A stretch of 64,000 nt of DNA from NCBI GenBank assembly GCA_951406725.2, contig OX597819.1, positions 114,452,001 through 114,516,000 on the forward strand, read 5' to 3'. The position numbers and the translations under genes are program-made. Below are positions 12,717 to 25,345 of the stretch, piece by piece. Origin of the DNA: Octopus vulgaris. Its lineage: Eukaryota. Under the pieces are notes generated by a model. It searched no databases and had not been told where the DNA came from. It saw nothing but the letters and a program-made list of their open reading frames with translations. The stretch's first letter is position 1, and the number at the start of each line of letters is the position of its first letter.

Positions 12717-14078
12717 CAACATACATACATACATATGTTGTGTAAGTGTCTATGTATATCTTTAGTATAAACTGGTGTGTCAAGTTGTATTCCTTTATAC
12801 CAAGTGAATGGAGAGATTCAATCAAGTATCACACTTAAAAAAGCACAAGAGTTGATATGATTGATTCAGACTCTTGTTGCTTAAACCCAGGTCACTCCAG
12901 ATTGACTAAACTTACAGTCAAAATTATCCCAGTGATGTACATCCTGTCCTTTTCTCAAGTATTACTTATCTAAGACTACATTATCCAATGTGTCCCTTTA
13001 TTTTTATGATGGCAGGGTATAATTTGAGGGAGAGTTGGCTGATATCTCTAAGAGTCAAACAACTACATAAGAGGCTTCTTTTATTGACTAGTGATACTTC
13101 TCTTAATACTTAATGGCCATTTTGTATCAAATGTCATGACTTGCTTATTCTCATTTCCAATTATCTATTCAAAATTATACTTTGTACAAGCAAATAGTAT
13201 TGGCTAGGTGAAAGCCAAAAATATCTGTCAATTCAGCAAACAGCTGAAAGGTACCATGACAAGCAAATTAGAATATGATGGGCACTGGTGCATATACAAA
13301 GAATTGTTGCTGGAAACATGCAAGTTTGCATTGAAATTTGGTGAGAACAGGATATTTTAACTTCATAGTTGAATGGTTTTCCCATTGGAAGGGTACACAG
13401 CTATAAAAATTACTTCAACAGAATTGCCTCTATATATACATGCTAGTATGAATATAAGTTTTTATTTTTAAATTACAAACCACATTAGGTTTTTAGTCTT
13501 CAATCCATGCTAGATAGTTACCTGTCTGTAACCCATAGGTAGTCAGAAATAACCTGTAAAAAATGCTTTCATAAATAGAATACTAGCTTCTAGCCATCAG
13601 TTTTAAAGTTTTCTAACAGAGAGCCAATAAGAAATGTGATGTTAGTATCTTTCCATAGTGATGTGAATAAATTGAGGCAATGGTAACTAAGCGTAGAAAT
13701 CATTGCAATTCCAGGGAAAGAATTACATTAGGAAACATTAGATATATACATATTCTTGATTTGCAAGTGATTTCATAAGGGAATGTGTTTGGGACAAAAG
13801 CAAATGCATCATAATAAAGCCATATGGGTTATTGCAAACAGACAGACACACACAAATGTATGCATGCATGTACTATATTTTATTGTATTCATTTCACTAT
13901 TACTTTGTAATATTATTGGATTATATATAAGTAATATTATTAGATATATATATGTCTTTCCTCATAAATACCTGCAGCAGAGTCTCACATATGTAATATT
14001 GTAAGTTTGAATATGGGCAAACATGTTTTTGCAGGATACTGGAAATGAATGACACTACAAGGACGAACGCGCGCGTGT

Positions 14079-14109
<31 letters not shown>

Positions 14110-15109
14110 CACACACATACACACACACACACACACATGCGCACACACACACAATATGCCTCTTTCAGCTTTCATCTGCCAAATCCACTTACAAGGTTTT
14201 GGTTGGTTCAGGGCTATAGTATCTGATACTTGTCCAAGGTGACACAACATGAGACTGAACTTGAAACCATGCAATTGGAAAGCAATATGTGTTTCTTCTA
14301 ATCTTAGGGGTAATAAAAGATTTTCAACTCACTATGTTACATACATGTGTTTCTATATGAAAAAGATGAAGTAGAAAAGAATAGTACTTGCCATTGCACA
14401 GAGGGTTTTTAAAAAAAAAAATGTCAAAATAAACTAACTTGGGAATATAACAAAATAAATGGATAAAAATATAAACAATATTTCAAAAGTAAAAAAAAAA
14501 AAAATAAACATTTCTTTAGAATAGTGTTATAACATAATTGACAAAAGAAATATATAGGGATAAATAAAGCTTGAATGAACAGTAATTAAAAAGAATTGCA
14601 CTCAGAAACCATTTTATTCAGCTATGTAAAATAAATGCATATATTTCAATTTTTTTCTTTCTATTATTCTTAAGAACTGGATTTTAGTTCAGATTTAAAA
14701 AGATTTGCTCAAATGAATTGCAACCTCTTGTAATTTCTAGATTGAAATCTCCACAAAAGATCATAAGAAATATTAAAAACCTGCATTTTGAGTAGGAAAA
14801 GGTTTTTATTTTATTGACCCTGGAAGGCTGATAGACAAAAATCAAGGCTGCCATGGTTTAGAATTAGAATATAAAGGAGTATAACTAAATACAAGACATT
14901 TTATCTAATACTCTGCCAATTTTACCAGCCACAGTGCTATTTTAATCATGATAATAACTACAATATTACTTTATGGAAAGCTACTGTTATGACATGTAAG
15001 AATTTTCTAAAGCTTCGAACACAATATGAAAGCTAAAGTTTCTTTTTACAGAGTCAGAGCTGTAACAAAAAGCAACTCTGAAAAAGTTGTTTTTTTATAT
15101 TATTGTATC

Positions 15110-15153
<44 letters not shown>

Positions 15154-15554
15154 CCTTCCATTACATCTTATTCCAAAGAACCATTTCCTACTTGAAATGC
15201 AGGTTTTTCCTTTAATATTTCATATGGTCTTTTATGGAGATTTCAACTTAGGAAATATGAGTGGTTGAGATTCATTTGTGCAAATCTTATCTTTAAGCTA
15301 AAATCCAGTTCAAAATTATCTTGAGGAAAGCAGAAAGAAAAAACATTAAAATATATACATTTATGTTACTTATATAGATAAAATGGTTTCAGTGTGTAAC
15401 CCTTTTTTAGTTATTATTCATTGAAGTTTTATTTATCCCAATGCATTTCTTCCATTAAGTATACATTATAACTATTAAAAGGAAAAGTTTAAAACATTTT
15501 AGTTCTGAAATTTTGATATCTTCATCCACTTATTTTGTTTTGTTTTATCTTTAA

Positions 15555-15776
15555 CCCTTTCAATACCAACTCGTTTGAAACCACCTCTGGCTCTGTAGTA
15601 CAAATGTCTTGTTTCCATAAGTTTTGAATGAAAATCTTCCATGAAACCTTAGTCGCAATTTATGTTCCTAACACCAGCTTAATGATAACTAAGTTATTTT
15701 ACTAAATTCTTTGTTATATTTAAAATTAGTTGAAAGAAACACAGAGCATCTCAAAATAAATACAATAACAAAAGGG
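15555..15776. mobile_element. piggyBac-type MITE
   Basis: TTAA|CCCTTT...AAAGGG|TTAA: TTAA TSD at 15551-15554 and 15777-15780, with CCC...GGG termini. Confidence 0.85.
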
Positions 15777-16274
15777 TTAAGTCAGTTTATTTCATCATGT
15801 TTGTTTTTTTTAAAAACTCTCAGTGCAATGAGATTAAAGCATCACTGTGGCTGGTAAAATTGATGGAGCATTAGACAAAATGCCTGTTGTTTAGTTACAC
15901 TCCTTTATGTTCTAATTTCAAATCCTAGAAGGTTTGATTTTTGCCTGGGTCATTAAAATAAGACTTGGTAGTAAAGTTGATTAAATTGCCTATACCCCTG
16001 CTTTGAAATTTACAGCTTTCAAACTGCATTAAGGTATCATTACAATAGCAATAGGGAATGATAACAAACTTGATAGTGTGAAACAAAATGTTTTGCATTA
16101 TTCAGTTATATTTTGTGTTTGAGTTCAAACCATACCAGGATAACAACTCAATTTATTTTGTTTTGCTTCAGTTTTTGATAAAATGGTATTGATCCCAGCA
16201 CTAACAATGACGTTGGTTCAAGTAGAAATTCAAATCTTTTTAAAAATATTTTGTCTCACTAAACATGTATTGAA

Positions 16275-16720
16275 TTGTCATCCATTCATCCTTTGTGGTG
16301 CACCGTTTAGGAAATTAGTGCTTTCTTCTTAAAACTATCCAATGTTTCAACTTAGCTCCATTAGCCATGCAAGCCAGCAAACCAGTTGTGTATATCACAG
16401 TGCTATCCCTGCCTAAAAAGCAAACAATATATCCTCAACCATCTTGCAATTGGACTCAGCAATTGAAAACTATGCATCTTGACCATATTGCAGTTCTGAT
16501 ACGATACAAACACCATCTTGGTAAGTAAACCAACTATTGCACCCTCAAGTATATGCGCCTTAATAAATTCTATCTCCAGGTTAATTGATTAGGGACCCAG
16601 AGCCATCAGATTCTTTCATTTACCATTGGACTTTCCATGCTACTTTACAGCTGTTCTGTACAGGATTTTCTTTTGTAAAGGAAACTACAGCTATGTGAAA
16701 TATTTCAGGATATTTTTTTA
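16275..16720 (-). pseudogene. pogo/Tigger-type (DDE_1) transposase remnant
   Basis: Minus-strand translation near 16385-16275 gives TGLLACMANGAKLKHWIVLRRKH*FPKRCTTKDEWMT, matching the pogo T..LAC.A.G.KL.P..IFK.K...KGWM motif. Contains stops and deletions. Confidence 0.6.
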
Positions 16721-17898
16721 AATATTTGTAGCAGCTGTTTTTGTTTAAATTATGAATCATAAACAGAATTCGGTAGAAAAATGCTGAAAGGCATTTTAGA
16801 AGTTAAGGGGAGAAAAGGGGAAGAGAGGGACAGGTGGAAATAGAGGTAAAGAGGAGATGAGAGAGATAAATAAAAAATTAGAGATATGAAAATCTACATC
16901 TGTCTACCACTGTTACTACAACCTTCAATACCGCCAATACATTTTCAAATGTTCCCTTCCAGCTGCTAGATATCATCCCTACCTCCACCTAACAAACCAC
17001 ATGCAATATACAAAATCAATCACTCAAGGGAAGATTTCATCTCATCTTACATCCTATCCTCTTTCTTTCATGCCTAGAGACAGAAGGGATAAAAAAAACG
17101 AAGTGAGCTGCAAAAAAATTAAAGATGTTTTCTGATAACTAAGGAGTAAACACTCTATTTTACTGAAAGAATACAATTTGTATTAATAATGTTCATGCCT
17201 TTCCCAAGAGAAAGAGCAACATGACTCCCAACTGAAACCAATTCTTATCACACTGTTTATTATCTACTAATGCTCTAGGGACAGGCATCAATGTCACGAC
17301 ATTTCATTTGCTGTTTAAAGTAAAGAGTATTTCACTAAAAAGGTCATGTGAAATAGATCAAACTATGCTGTAAGTTAAACAACATCAACAAGAATATTAC
17401 AGTAGTCTAACGCCAACATGTATTCAACACTTTCACAACCACATTCCACCCCTTTTTACCCATTACAGCTCATATTCTATACTTTACACCTGTCTCCATC
17501 CCCATTCCCTTATACTCATTCTTATCCCATATTTTACATTTACACTCACTCTCACCCACATCCATTTTCTTTACTTTATACCAACTCTCTCCTACTACCA
17601 ACACAATTTAGTTTCTGTGTTATTTTAAATGTATTTAAGTAAGGCTATGTTTTCTTTACTGTGTTAGCTAAAATACCATTGTAATATTTCTTATTTAAAT
17701 AACACATATATTCATAAATACAAATGTAAAAATAACTTTATGGAAGCTTCTGCCACTAGTCAGTGAAATCTAGTGAGTTAACTCTAAATTGTTAAAATGT
17801 GTGTGTGTACACAAACACAAATGTATGTTACTTAATTTTGAATGAATATGAAAGGTGTGATTAATGCATGTTGCACAAGATATTGTTTGTTTTTTTTA

Positions 17899-18032
17899 AT
17901 TAAAACTGAAGTTGAGAGTTTGTCTTTAACTTCAGTGTCATGCGACTGATCTTCAGGTGAAATAGTTTCATCTGAAGATTACATAGGCATGAAACTAAAA
18001 TTGCATCAGAAATTCGCAGCTTCAGTTTTAAT
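17899..18032. repeat. Imperfect ~134-bp palindrome with decayed hammerhead-like cores
   Basis: Outer arms ATTAAAACTGAAG / CTTCAGTTTTAAT; inner ATCTTCAGGTGAAA-TAG-TTTCATCTGAAGAT; CTGAAGA at 17972-17978 and GAAAC at 17991-17995. Confidence 0.6.
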
Positions 18033-18057
18033 AGAGAAAAAAGAAACTCTCTCTCTC

Positions 18058-18103
<46 letters not shown>

Positions 18104-18109
<6 letters not shown>

Positions 18110-18469
18110 ATATAATAAATGTGAAAACTAATTTGTGTGTGTCAGTGTGTCACACTTTGACCCCCCCCCCCTTCTCACTATTCAATAACAATACATCCTT
18201 GTGCTGGGGTGAGAGTAATAGTAGGCATAGAGATGGTGATTACGGTGGTGAAGACGGAGAAAGAAAGAACAAAAGAGAAAGATAGGAAGAAAAAGAGAGA
18301 AAAAGAAATTTAGGGAGAGTTGATGTTTTATTAAAAGTAGCAGTGTTGATGGTGGCAATGGGAGTAATAATAAGCAAGAGAGTGTGGGTATGTGAGAGAA
18401 AGAGGGAGATGATGTACAACTTTCCTGGACAGAAATTCCTGTGGCCAGCATACTGAACCAACTACTGGA
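18104..18469 (+). mobile_element. Probable non-autonomous Helitron
   Basis: 5' end TAATATAATAAATGTGAA...TCAGTGTGTCACACTTT is shared with the RepHel-bearing element at 19151. Confidence 0.45.
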
Positions 18470-18478
18470 CACTATCAT

Positions 18479-18949
18479 TTTGTAGTAAAGATTGTTTGCC
18501 AACATAACATGGCAGTCCTGGTTTAGGACTAACGTTGCTGTAATTTAGCCCCAGGAGACATCGTCTCCAGCTGGTTATACAACACGATCTGTGTCCTTAT
18601 ATTTTTGAACAAGGGAATCTGGCACCCCCACCCAGCTCAAAACAATATCTGTGTATCATGGTTTCTGGGTTATTTCTCCTCATCAGCACAGAATAATTGC
18701 TCGGCTAGAGGCGGCGCTGCCAAATTTCTATTTGAAATATATAGTATTCAAAGTGACAACTAGTCACTGATTTATAAATTTATAAATTTGAGCTGAGTTG
18801 GGGTGCTAGATTCCCTTGTTCAAAAATATAAGGACACAGATCGTGTTGTATAACCAGCTGGAGACGATGTCTCCTGGGGCTAAATTACAGCAACATTAGT
18901 CCTTAACCAGGACTGCCATGTTATATTGGCAAACAATCTTTACTACAAA
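18479..18949. mobile_element. Palindromic element with 163-bp inverted arms and a hammerhead motif in the 145-bp spacer (Penelope-like inverted pLTR or foldback element)
   Basis: Arms 18479-18641 and 18787-18949 differ at about 6 positions by eye, with no indels. No TSD evident. Confidence 0.85.
18648..18692 (-). ncRNA. Minimal type I hammerhead ribozyme motif (partly degenerate)
   Basis: Minus strand: TCTGTG-CTGATGA-GGAGAAATAACCCA-GAAA-CCATGA-TA-CACAGA. Perfect 6-bp stem I and intact core; stems II and III carry mismatches. Confidence 0.65.
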
Positions 18950-19150
18950 GTACTGTTGCTGAATATCTCATGTTGTGAGATTTAAAAATAGTAATTTACT
19001 ATAATTTTTGTTTTATCTTTTGCTTTCTTTAAAACAAACTTATATATGTGTGTGTGTACATAAATACATATATGCACACACAAGCACGCACACACACACA
19101 CACACAAAATACATTTTAATTGAAATACAGTTTCCCCAAAATTAAACATA

Positions 19151-19522
19151 TCTAATATAATAAATGTGAACATCAGTGTGTCACACTTTTTCAACTTTAC
19201 TCCTTGAGGCTGTAGCTCAACATATCATAATATCATTTTGGAATCAGGCTGACTCCATGAGTAAACTAAAAAATATTCCAGGCCGAATCCAGACCTGTAA
19301 TCCTGAAATTTTGAATTCCTATGTTTTCATTATTGTGATCGTTTTTGACAATTTTTTTTACATGATTTTTAGCGACGAATATGATCATCATTGGGATATG
19401 TCGCTCGAGGAAGCAATTGCAACAGATTCTCCAAAACAAGTCAGAGATCTGTTTGCAGATCATCTCATTCAGAGTTAGTTGCTTAAAAGCCACCTGATAG
19501 GGTGGCTTTTTTACAGTCAGCT
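19151..19522 (+). mobile_element. Internally deleted Helitron with a RepHel fragment
   Basis: Starts A|TCTAATATAATAAATG. 19371-19457 encodes SDEYDHHWDMSLEEAIATDSPKQVRDLFA, like the Helitron D..W...L.EA....SP.QLR.LFA motif. Subterminal hairpin AAAAGCCACC-TGATAG-GGTGGCTTTT at 19485-19510. Confidence 0.7.
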
Positions 19523-19845
19523 TCCTGAAGTGATACAGAGACTTTCTCAAGTAAAATCAGAAGAGGTATCATGAGTGAAGCTGTGACTTCCTTCACAGAT
19601 TCATGGAAGAGAGGAAACTTATTGCATTAAGGGCACTGAACTCTTTAAGCAGACTCGTGTTGAAGTCCTTTTAGAGAAAAGGAGGAAGGATGACCAAAAA
19701 GATTCAAAAATACATTTTTACTCTTCATTTATTACCATTATTTTAAAAATTGTTTTATTCTTTTTTTTTTCTAATCACTCTGTTGTCTGTTCTTGTGTTA
19801 TAGCTTTTAGCTTCCATAATCTTGACAGCTTTCTCTCCCTATCTT

Positions 19846-19876
<31 letters not shown>

Positions 19877-19882
<6 letters not shown>

Positions 19883-20025
19883 TTCTCTTTTGTGGTTCCA
19901 CAAAAGAGAACCAATAAAATAAATACCAGACTTAAAAATAAGTACTAGGGTTGATTTGTTTAACTAAAATTCTTCAAGGTGGTGCCATAGTCTAATGACT
20001 GAAATAAGTAAAAGAATAAAAGAAG
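19877..20025 (+). mobile_element. 5'-truncated family C SINE whose 5' junction is a perfect 19-bp-arm hairpin
   Basis: TATTGGTTCTCTTTTGTGG-TT-CCACAAAAGAGAACCAATA (19877-19916), followed by the SINE tail ending GACTGAAATAAGTAAAAGAATAAAAG. Confidence 0.75.
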
Positions 20026-21305
20026 ATATATACAAAATGAAGTCAAACCAAGTAATGATATTTTGAATATATTTAATATGTATATTTCAGACAATTGGAC
20101 AATAGATAAAAAGAGGAATTCATCTCTTACAAAGTTTATGCAAACTGCCCAAGACCATGTATAAAGAAGGAATTTGACCACACTATATTTTGAAACGTCT
20201 TAATTGAAGAGTGTTCAGTAAGAGATAAATTCCATTTTTTTTCTCTATTACACAATGATCTGAAATGCATGCTTTCAATGTGTTCAAAATATCATTATTT
20301 GGTTTGACTTCATTATTATGTATTATACTACTCCATGCCAGTACAAGCTAGCCAGTCCTTACTTCATTTACATAGATGCCCTAACAAGGATTTGGAGTGG
20401 TTTGCACTATTCCTCTTGAGTCAGAAAATTCTGGTAATGTGCATTGTTTCTAAGCAGTATATGAAACATACATACATACATACATACATACATGAAACCA
20501 CTCTATTACTCATACTAAAAGGCAGTTATTCTTTCCAGACTTATGGACAACAAAGAATTTTATATGCGGGTGTGCATGAGCATGCACATGCGTGCACACA
20601 CACATGCGCATATTGTTACCTAAATAAACACACATACGTAAAAAAGAAATTGGAGTGACATTGGAGTGAACCACCAGAAGCAAATGTAAAAATAAACTTA
20701 GCTACATCTATTGTGTTTCACCTCATTGGTACATCTGAACCCAAGCGTTTATATTTATTTGTCCATTCATTGTTATATTAATTTTTTCCACGCTAGCAAG
20801 AGTTAGATAATTTATATTATCAAGGTATTGTTTTACAGCCAGACACTCTTCTTGTCAATAACCCTTACAAATAAAAGATGTTTTATTTCATGTATCTTAG
20901 AAAGGACAAACAGAGTGAATAATTTGTTAATAGGAGAAATGACAATATGTTTTGTGGAGAAGCACACATGCAGACAAGCAAAAAAAAAACACACACACAC
21001 ACATGTACACACTCCCCTCACACAATATCTGGATACGGATTAATCATTTCTTGACTCTTACTTTATAGGTATCATATTACCTTTCTTGTTTGTATATTTA
21101 TCTTGTATCACTCAGCTTATTTACTTCACTTTTCTTTTCCCTCAGTTAATCTGTCAGTTGTCAGGAGAGCAAGACAATTATTTGGCTTTTACATAAGAGC
21201 TAACCAGCAATGTGTGATCAATCTTACTGACTTATAAGACAGACGAGATTCACTTCTAGCCTGCACTCATAAGAGGAGTTAAACTTGCTAACAAGATAAC
21301 TTTTA

Positions 21306-21540
21306 GGCGGTGAGCTGGCAGAAACGTTAGCACACCAGACGAAATGCTTAGCGGTATTTCGTCTGCCGCTACATTCTGAGCTCAAATTCCGCCAAGGCCA
21401 ACTTTGCCTTTCATCCTTTCAGGGTCGATAAATTAAGTACCTGTCATGCACTGGGCATCGATGTAATTGACTTAAGCCCTTTGTCTGTCCTTGTTTGTCC
21501 CCTCTATGTTTAGCCCTTTGTGGGCAATAAAGAAATAAGA
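21306..21540 (+). mobile_element. SINE family B, best-preserved full copy with diverged TSD
   Basis: GGCGGTGAGCTGGCAGAAACGTTAGCAC...CTGAGCTCAAATTCCGCC...CTTTGCCTTTCATCCTTTCAGGGTCGATAAATTAAGTACC; flanked by ACAAGATAACTTTTA / ACGAGGTAACTTCTA. Confidence 0.85.
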
Positions 21541-24500
21541 AACGAGGTAACTTCTATGTACTTGCTAGCCTGTTAAAATTAGTATCTAAATCTCGCTCAA
21601 TTCATACCATAACAACTTTAAAAAGATGCAACAACACATTATGCTTGTGAAAAAAGAAAAAAATAGTCATGAATAGAACACCTTTGGGCATGATTCTGTT
21701 GTAAAAAGGCAGGCTTGAAGCTAAACAACAATAACAACCACTTATCTATTTACAGTGTTGCTACTGTATGCTGTTCTTACTCTGCATACCTGTTTTCACA
21801 AAACTGGACAAAGCTATTTGCAAATTGAATGTCTCAGCCAGACACTGCAATACTAGTAATAGCATAGTAACTGCTAACATCTCTGCTAGTTGTTCAATTT
21901 AAATATGATAATAAAATTTCCTTCTAGGTTGGAAAAAATAACAATGAGAAAGAAAAAGTTCAAAAAAAGGAAAGAAAATGGAAAGAACAATTGCAAAATA
22001 TATCATTGAAGTTAATCTGGGTTATGTTATTACTACAATTTTGAATTCAGAGCAATGTCTGGGAGGTTAGGGTGCTGGACAACAGACTATATATAAGTTC
22101 AGATCTTACTAATGTCATTGTATTGTGCATCATAACAAGGTATATAACTGCTTGTTTCATTTCCTTTACATAAATGGTAGAAACAGGATCCATATATAAG
22201 AGATCAGCTGTAGGAAGGACATCCAGTAGTAAAAACAATTACTCCAAAAATTATTGCAGCTATGCAGATGTGTGAAACAGTAAAAGGAACACAAAGCTCC
22301 TAATCAGAGTCAAGACAATTAACGATACCTATATGGTTTCATCAATGCTACATTGTGGGTGAGTAAGAGCAGAGCTAAGTTGACAGAACCGTAGACTACC
22401 AGTTGTTGAGTCAGTAATCAATATCCTACACCAGAAACAATCCTTTCAATGGTTCGGTCCATGTAGATTTAAATAGGCGACAATGTAGTGAAAGTCATTT
22501 GCTGCAATCAGCAACATCTAATAAGTAATGAGTATTTTGTCGACTGACAGTGCTGAGTTCAACTGGCACTGTAAGTAAAATTGCAACGGAGTTGGTACTA
22601 TCAAACTTTGCCTAAACAGCTCTATGTAATGAAGTCTCCAATGGTCCCAGATCCCTCTCAGCAGGTTTTGAATAGTGAAGTAAATTTGAACATTGTTTAC
22701 TCAAATAAAAACTGTATGTTTAAATGACAGTATTATGCCATTACATATAGTTTAAGAAATGTCGAACAGAAATTGTGTAAAAATTTATTAGCAGCAGATA
22801 TTAGGCATTTTTCTTGTTTTAACATCCATTTACTTCTTGCTAAAACAATACCAAGAAATATGTACATTACATTTGAATGAGTGGCATTTTGATTTTGATT
22901 TTTACAAGCTCTCTTCTCTCTCTTTTAAATCTTTTATGAGTACATGTCCTTTCCTATTGCTAACCATTTAGCTGCATGAAATAACTTTGAAAATGTTAAA
23001 AAGAAAACTATCCAGTAGAGGCCTTTTATAGTTTGAGTAATTTAGATAAAGTAAGTGTTATATATTCATAATAGTTCTGTCATTTTTGCCTCTTAAATGA
23101 AATGACATTAAAGAGGGACATTAAAAAAGATGACGATGATGATGATGAATTCACACACACACACACAACTCTTCATTATAAATTACATTCTTTTGAACTT
23201 GTATAATTCCATTTGTATTTTATTTCATTATGTTTAAGATAATTATTGTACACATTCACCTGCATTTCCAAAGTTTCTGATAATGCTTCATTTTTATTAT
23301 GTATTATTTTATAATGAAATGTTATCATTTTATGTTACAAGTTTAATAAAATGTCTCATTCAAAAGCAGCCAGTTATTATATTTAATTGCCTGTGTGTGT
23401 TTGTGTATGTATTTGTGTATGTATGTACATTCATATATGTTTGAGTGAGTCTGGGTGTGTTGATATTTTATTTCATAGAATATGTACCTTGCTCTTTATA
23501 CTAATAAGTTGATGGAAAAGTTATTTATTGAGGATGAGTGGGGAAAGGGGGTTTACAGGGGAAAACCCAAAGCTATTGTTCAGAAGCAGAACAACTGGAA
23601 GGTACACAGAGCTGTGCTGCTACCATAACAATTTTTGATATTGTTGAATAACCTCAGATCCATTAGTGTTAAAACAATTTTTTTCCATTCTCAATTATTT
23701 TACACCTAACTCCAGGAACCTGCGGAGCAGTTTCGTTGGAACTACAGAGCTGTCTCAAGCTTAGCATATGGATAACTTAGTAATGTTAGTGCTTTTAATC
23801 TTCAGGCAGAGAGAAAAAAACACGAGCAAGAAATGCAGCGAGAAGAAGGACTAGACAAAATCTGGGATGAGACAGAAATAATAAGGCCTATCAAGAAGAT
23901 AAATGATTACATGAAGGAACAATGGGATATAAAGTTGGTCTAAATTATTTAGTCCAGCACTCTAGTGTCTTAGCCACCTCCAACACTGTCTTAGACATGA
24001 TAATGATTTCCAACAGACAGGGTCTCAAAATTAGAGGGGAGTGAAGTTAGTTATATCAACCCCAGTGCTTAACTGGTACTTTATAATTTATTCTCAGCAG
24101 AATTTGAACTCAGTACATACAAATCCAATATTATATTGCAAGGTATTCTATTTGACACTATTGTCTTGGTTAATTCACCAATTTTGTTAAAATAATTGTT
24201 TCTAACATGGACACAAAGTCGGAAACTTGAGGAGAGTAATTAGTAGATTAAATCAAACCCAGTATTTGACTAGTACTTCATTCTATCAACCCTGAAGGGA
24301 TGAAAAGCAAAGTTGACCTTGGAAGGACAAATACTGCAGGGTATTTTATTCATCTAATGATTCTTCTAATAATGAGGGAAACTGCAACCAAACCTATGCA
24401 AAAATCACATCCTAAATTCTTAAAAATGTATCAGTACATCAGATAGCTATGGCTGGAACAACTTTGATTATATTTTTGCTTGATCAGAACAAATCTGGGA

Positions 24501-24929
24501 TTAATAACCAATTAGTGATGATGATTTCTATCACAAGTACAAGGTAACACATTTTTTTATAGTGTAGAGGGAGTATATTTATAGGGGATCAACAATGAGG
24601 AATTTAATAAATTTTATTCCAATGTACCAATATTACCAACTTCTTCCCATGAGTAATAAGGGACCTTCAACATGATTGCTTGTCTTGCTAGAAATAACAA
24701 CTAGATCTCTCTCAAATCACACTCTACTATTTTAAAAAGAGGAAGGATACATTAAATAATACAGTCCAGGTAAATAAGATAGGATTATCATGGCTAGAAT
24801 ACCTTTGATCACAAATTTTCACAATTAGAAGGCTTGGGGCTAAACAACAGCAACAGTTTCATCATGAAAACACACACACAAAGAAAAAAGAATGAAAATG
24901 GAGTAAAAAAATTATCTTTCATGTTTATC

Positions 24930-25345
24930 ATTATTTTAATGTATACATTCCCATGCTTGCATGGGTAATACAGATTTCATTGAAGCAGATTTTCCACAGT
25001 TGAATGTCCTTTCTGTTGCCAATCCTCACCTGATTCCAGGCAAGGTAATATTTTCCCATAGACAGGCAGGTTTCCACGGAATATTGGAAATGTATCTCAC
25101 TGCATGTATGATAGTGACACTCATTCACAACTAGTATACTATGTCAAGCCAAGGGGACACAACACACTCATATATACATATATATTGGGCTTCTTTTAGT
25201 TTCCATCTACTGAATCCAATCACAAAGCTTTGGCTGGCCTGGGATTATAGTAGTAGACACTTGCCCAAGGTGCTACACAGTAGGACTGAATCCAAAACGA
25301 TATGGTTGAGAAGTAAACTCTTCAACCACATAGTCATACTTAGGT
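24930..25345 (-). mobile_element. Decayed SINE (family C-like head with family A-like tail)
   Basis: CCATGCTTGCATGGG...GTAATATTTTCCCAT...GGCTTCTTTTAGTTTCCATCTAC...GACACTTGCCCAAGGTGC. Similar copies at ~28520-28930, 32240-32640, 49460-49860, 53720-54060 and 56960-57400. Confidence 0.7.

Noticed and set aside
19485-19512. Hairpin plus T-run resembling a bacterial intrinsic terminator
   Set aside because: Eukaryotic repeat context; better explained as a Helitron subterminal hairpin.
20705-20742. Minus-strand CAGATGT-ACC-AATGA-GGT-GAAA-CACA (similar case at 27612-27645)
   Set aside because: Two core substitutions and no stem I; may be relics but cannot be supported.
22543-22585. Hairpin containing TGGCACTG (miR-96/263-like seed)
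   Set aside because: Stem too short with a 1-nt loop; does not match mature sequences I know.
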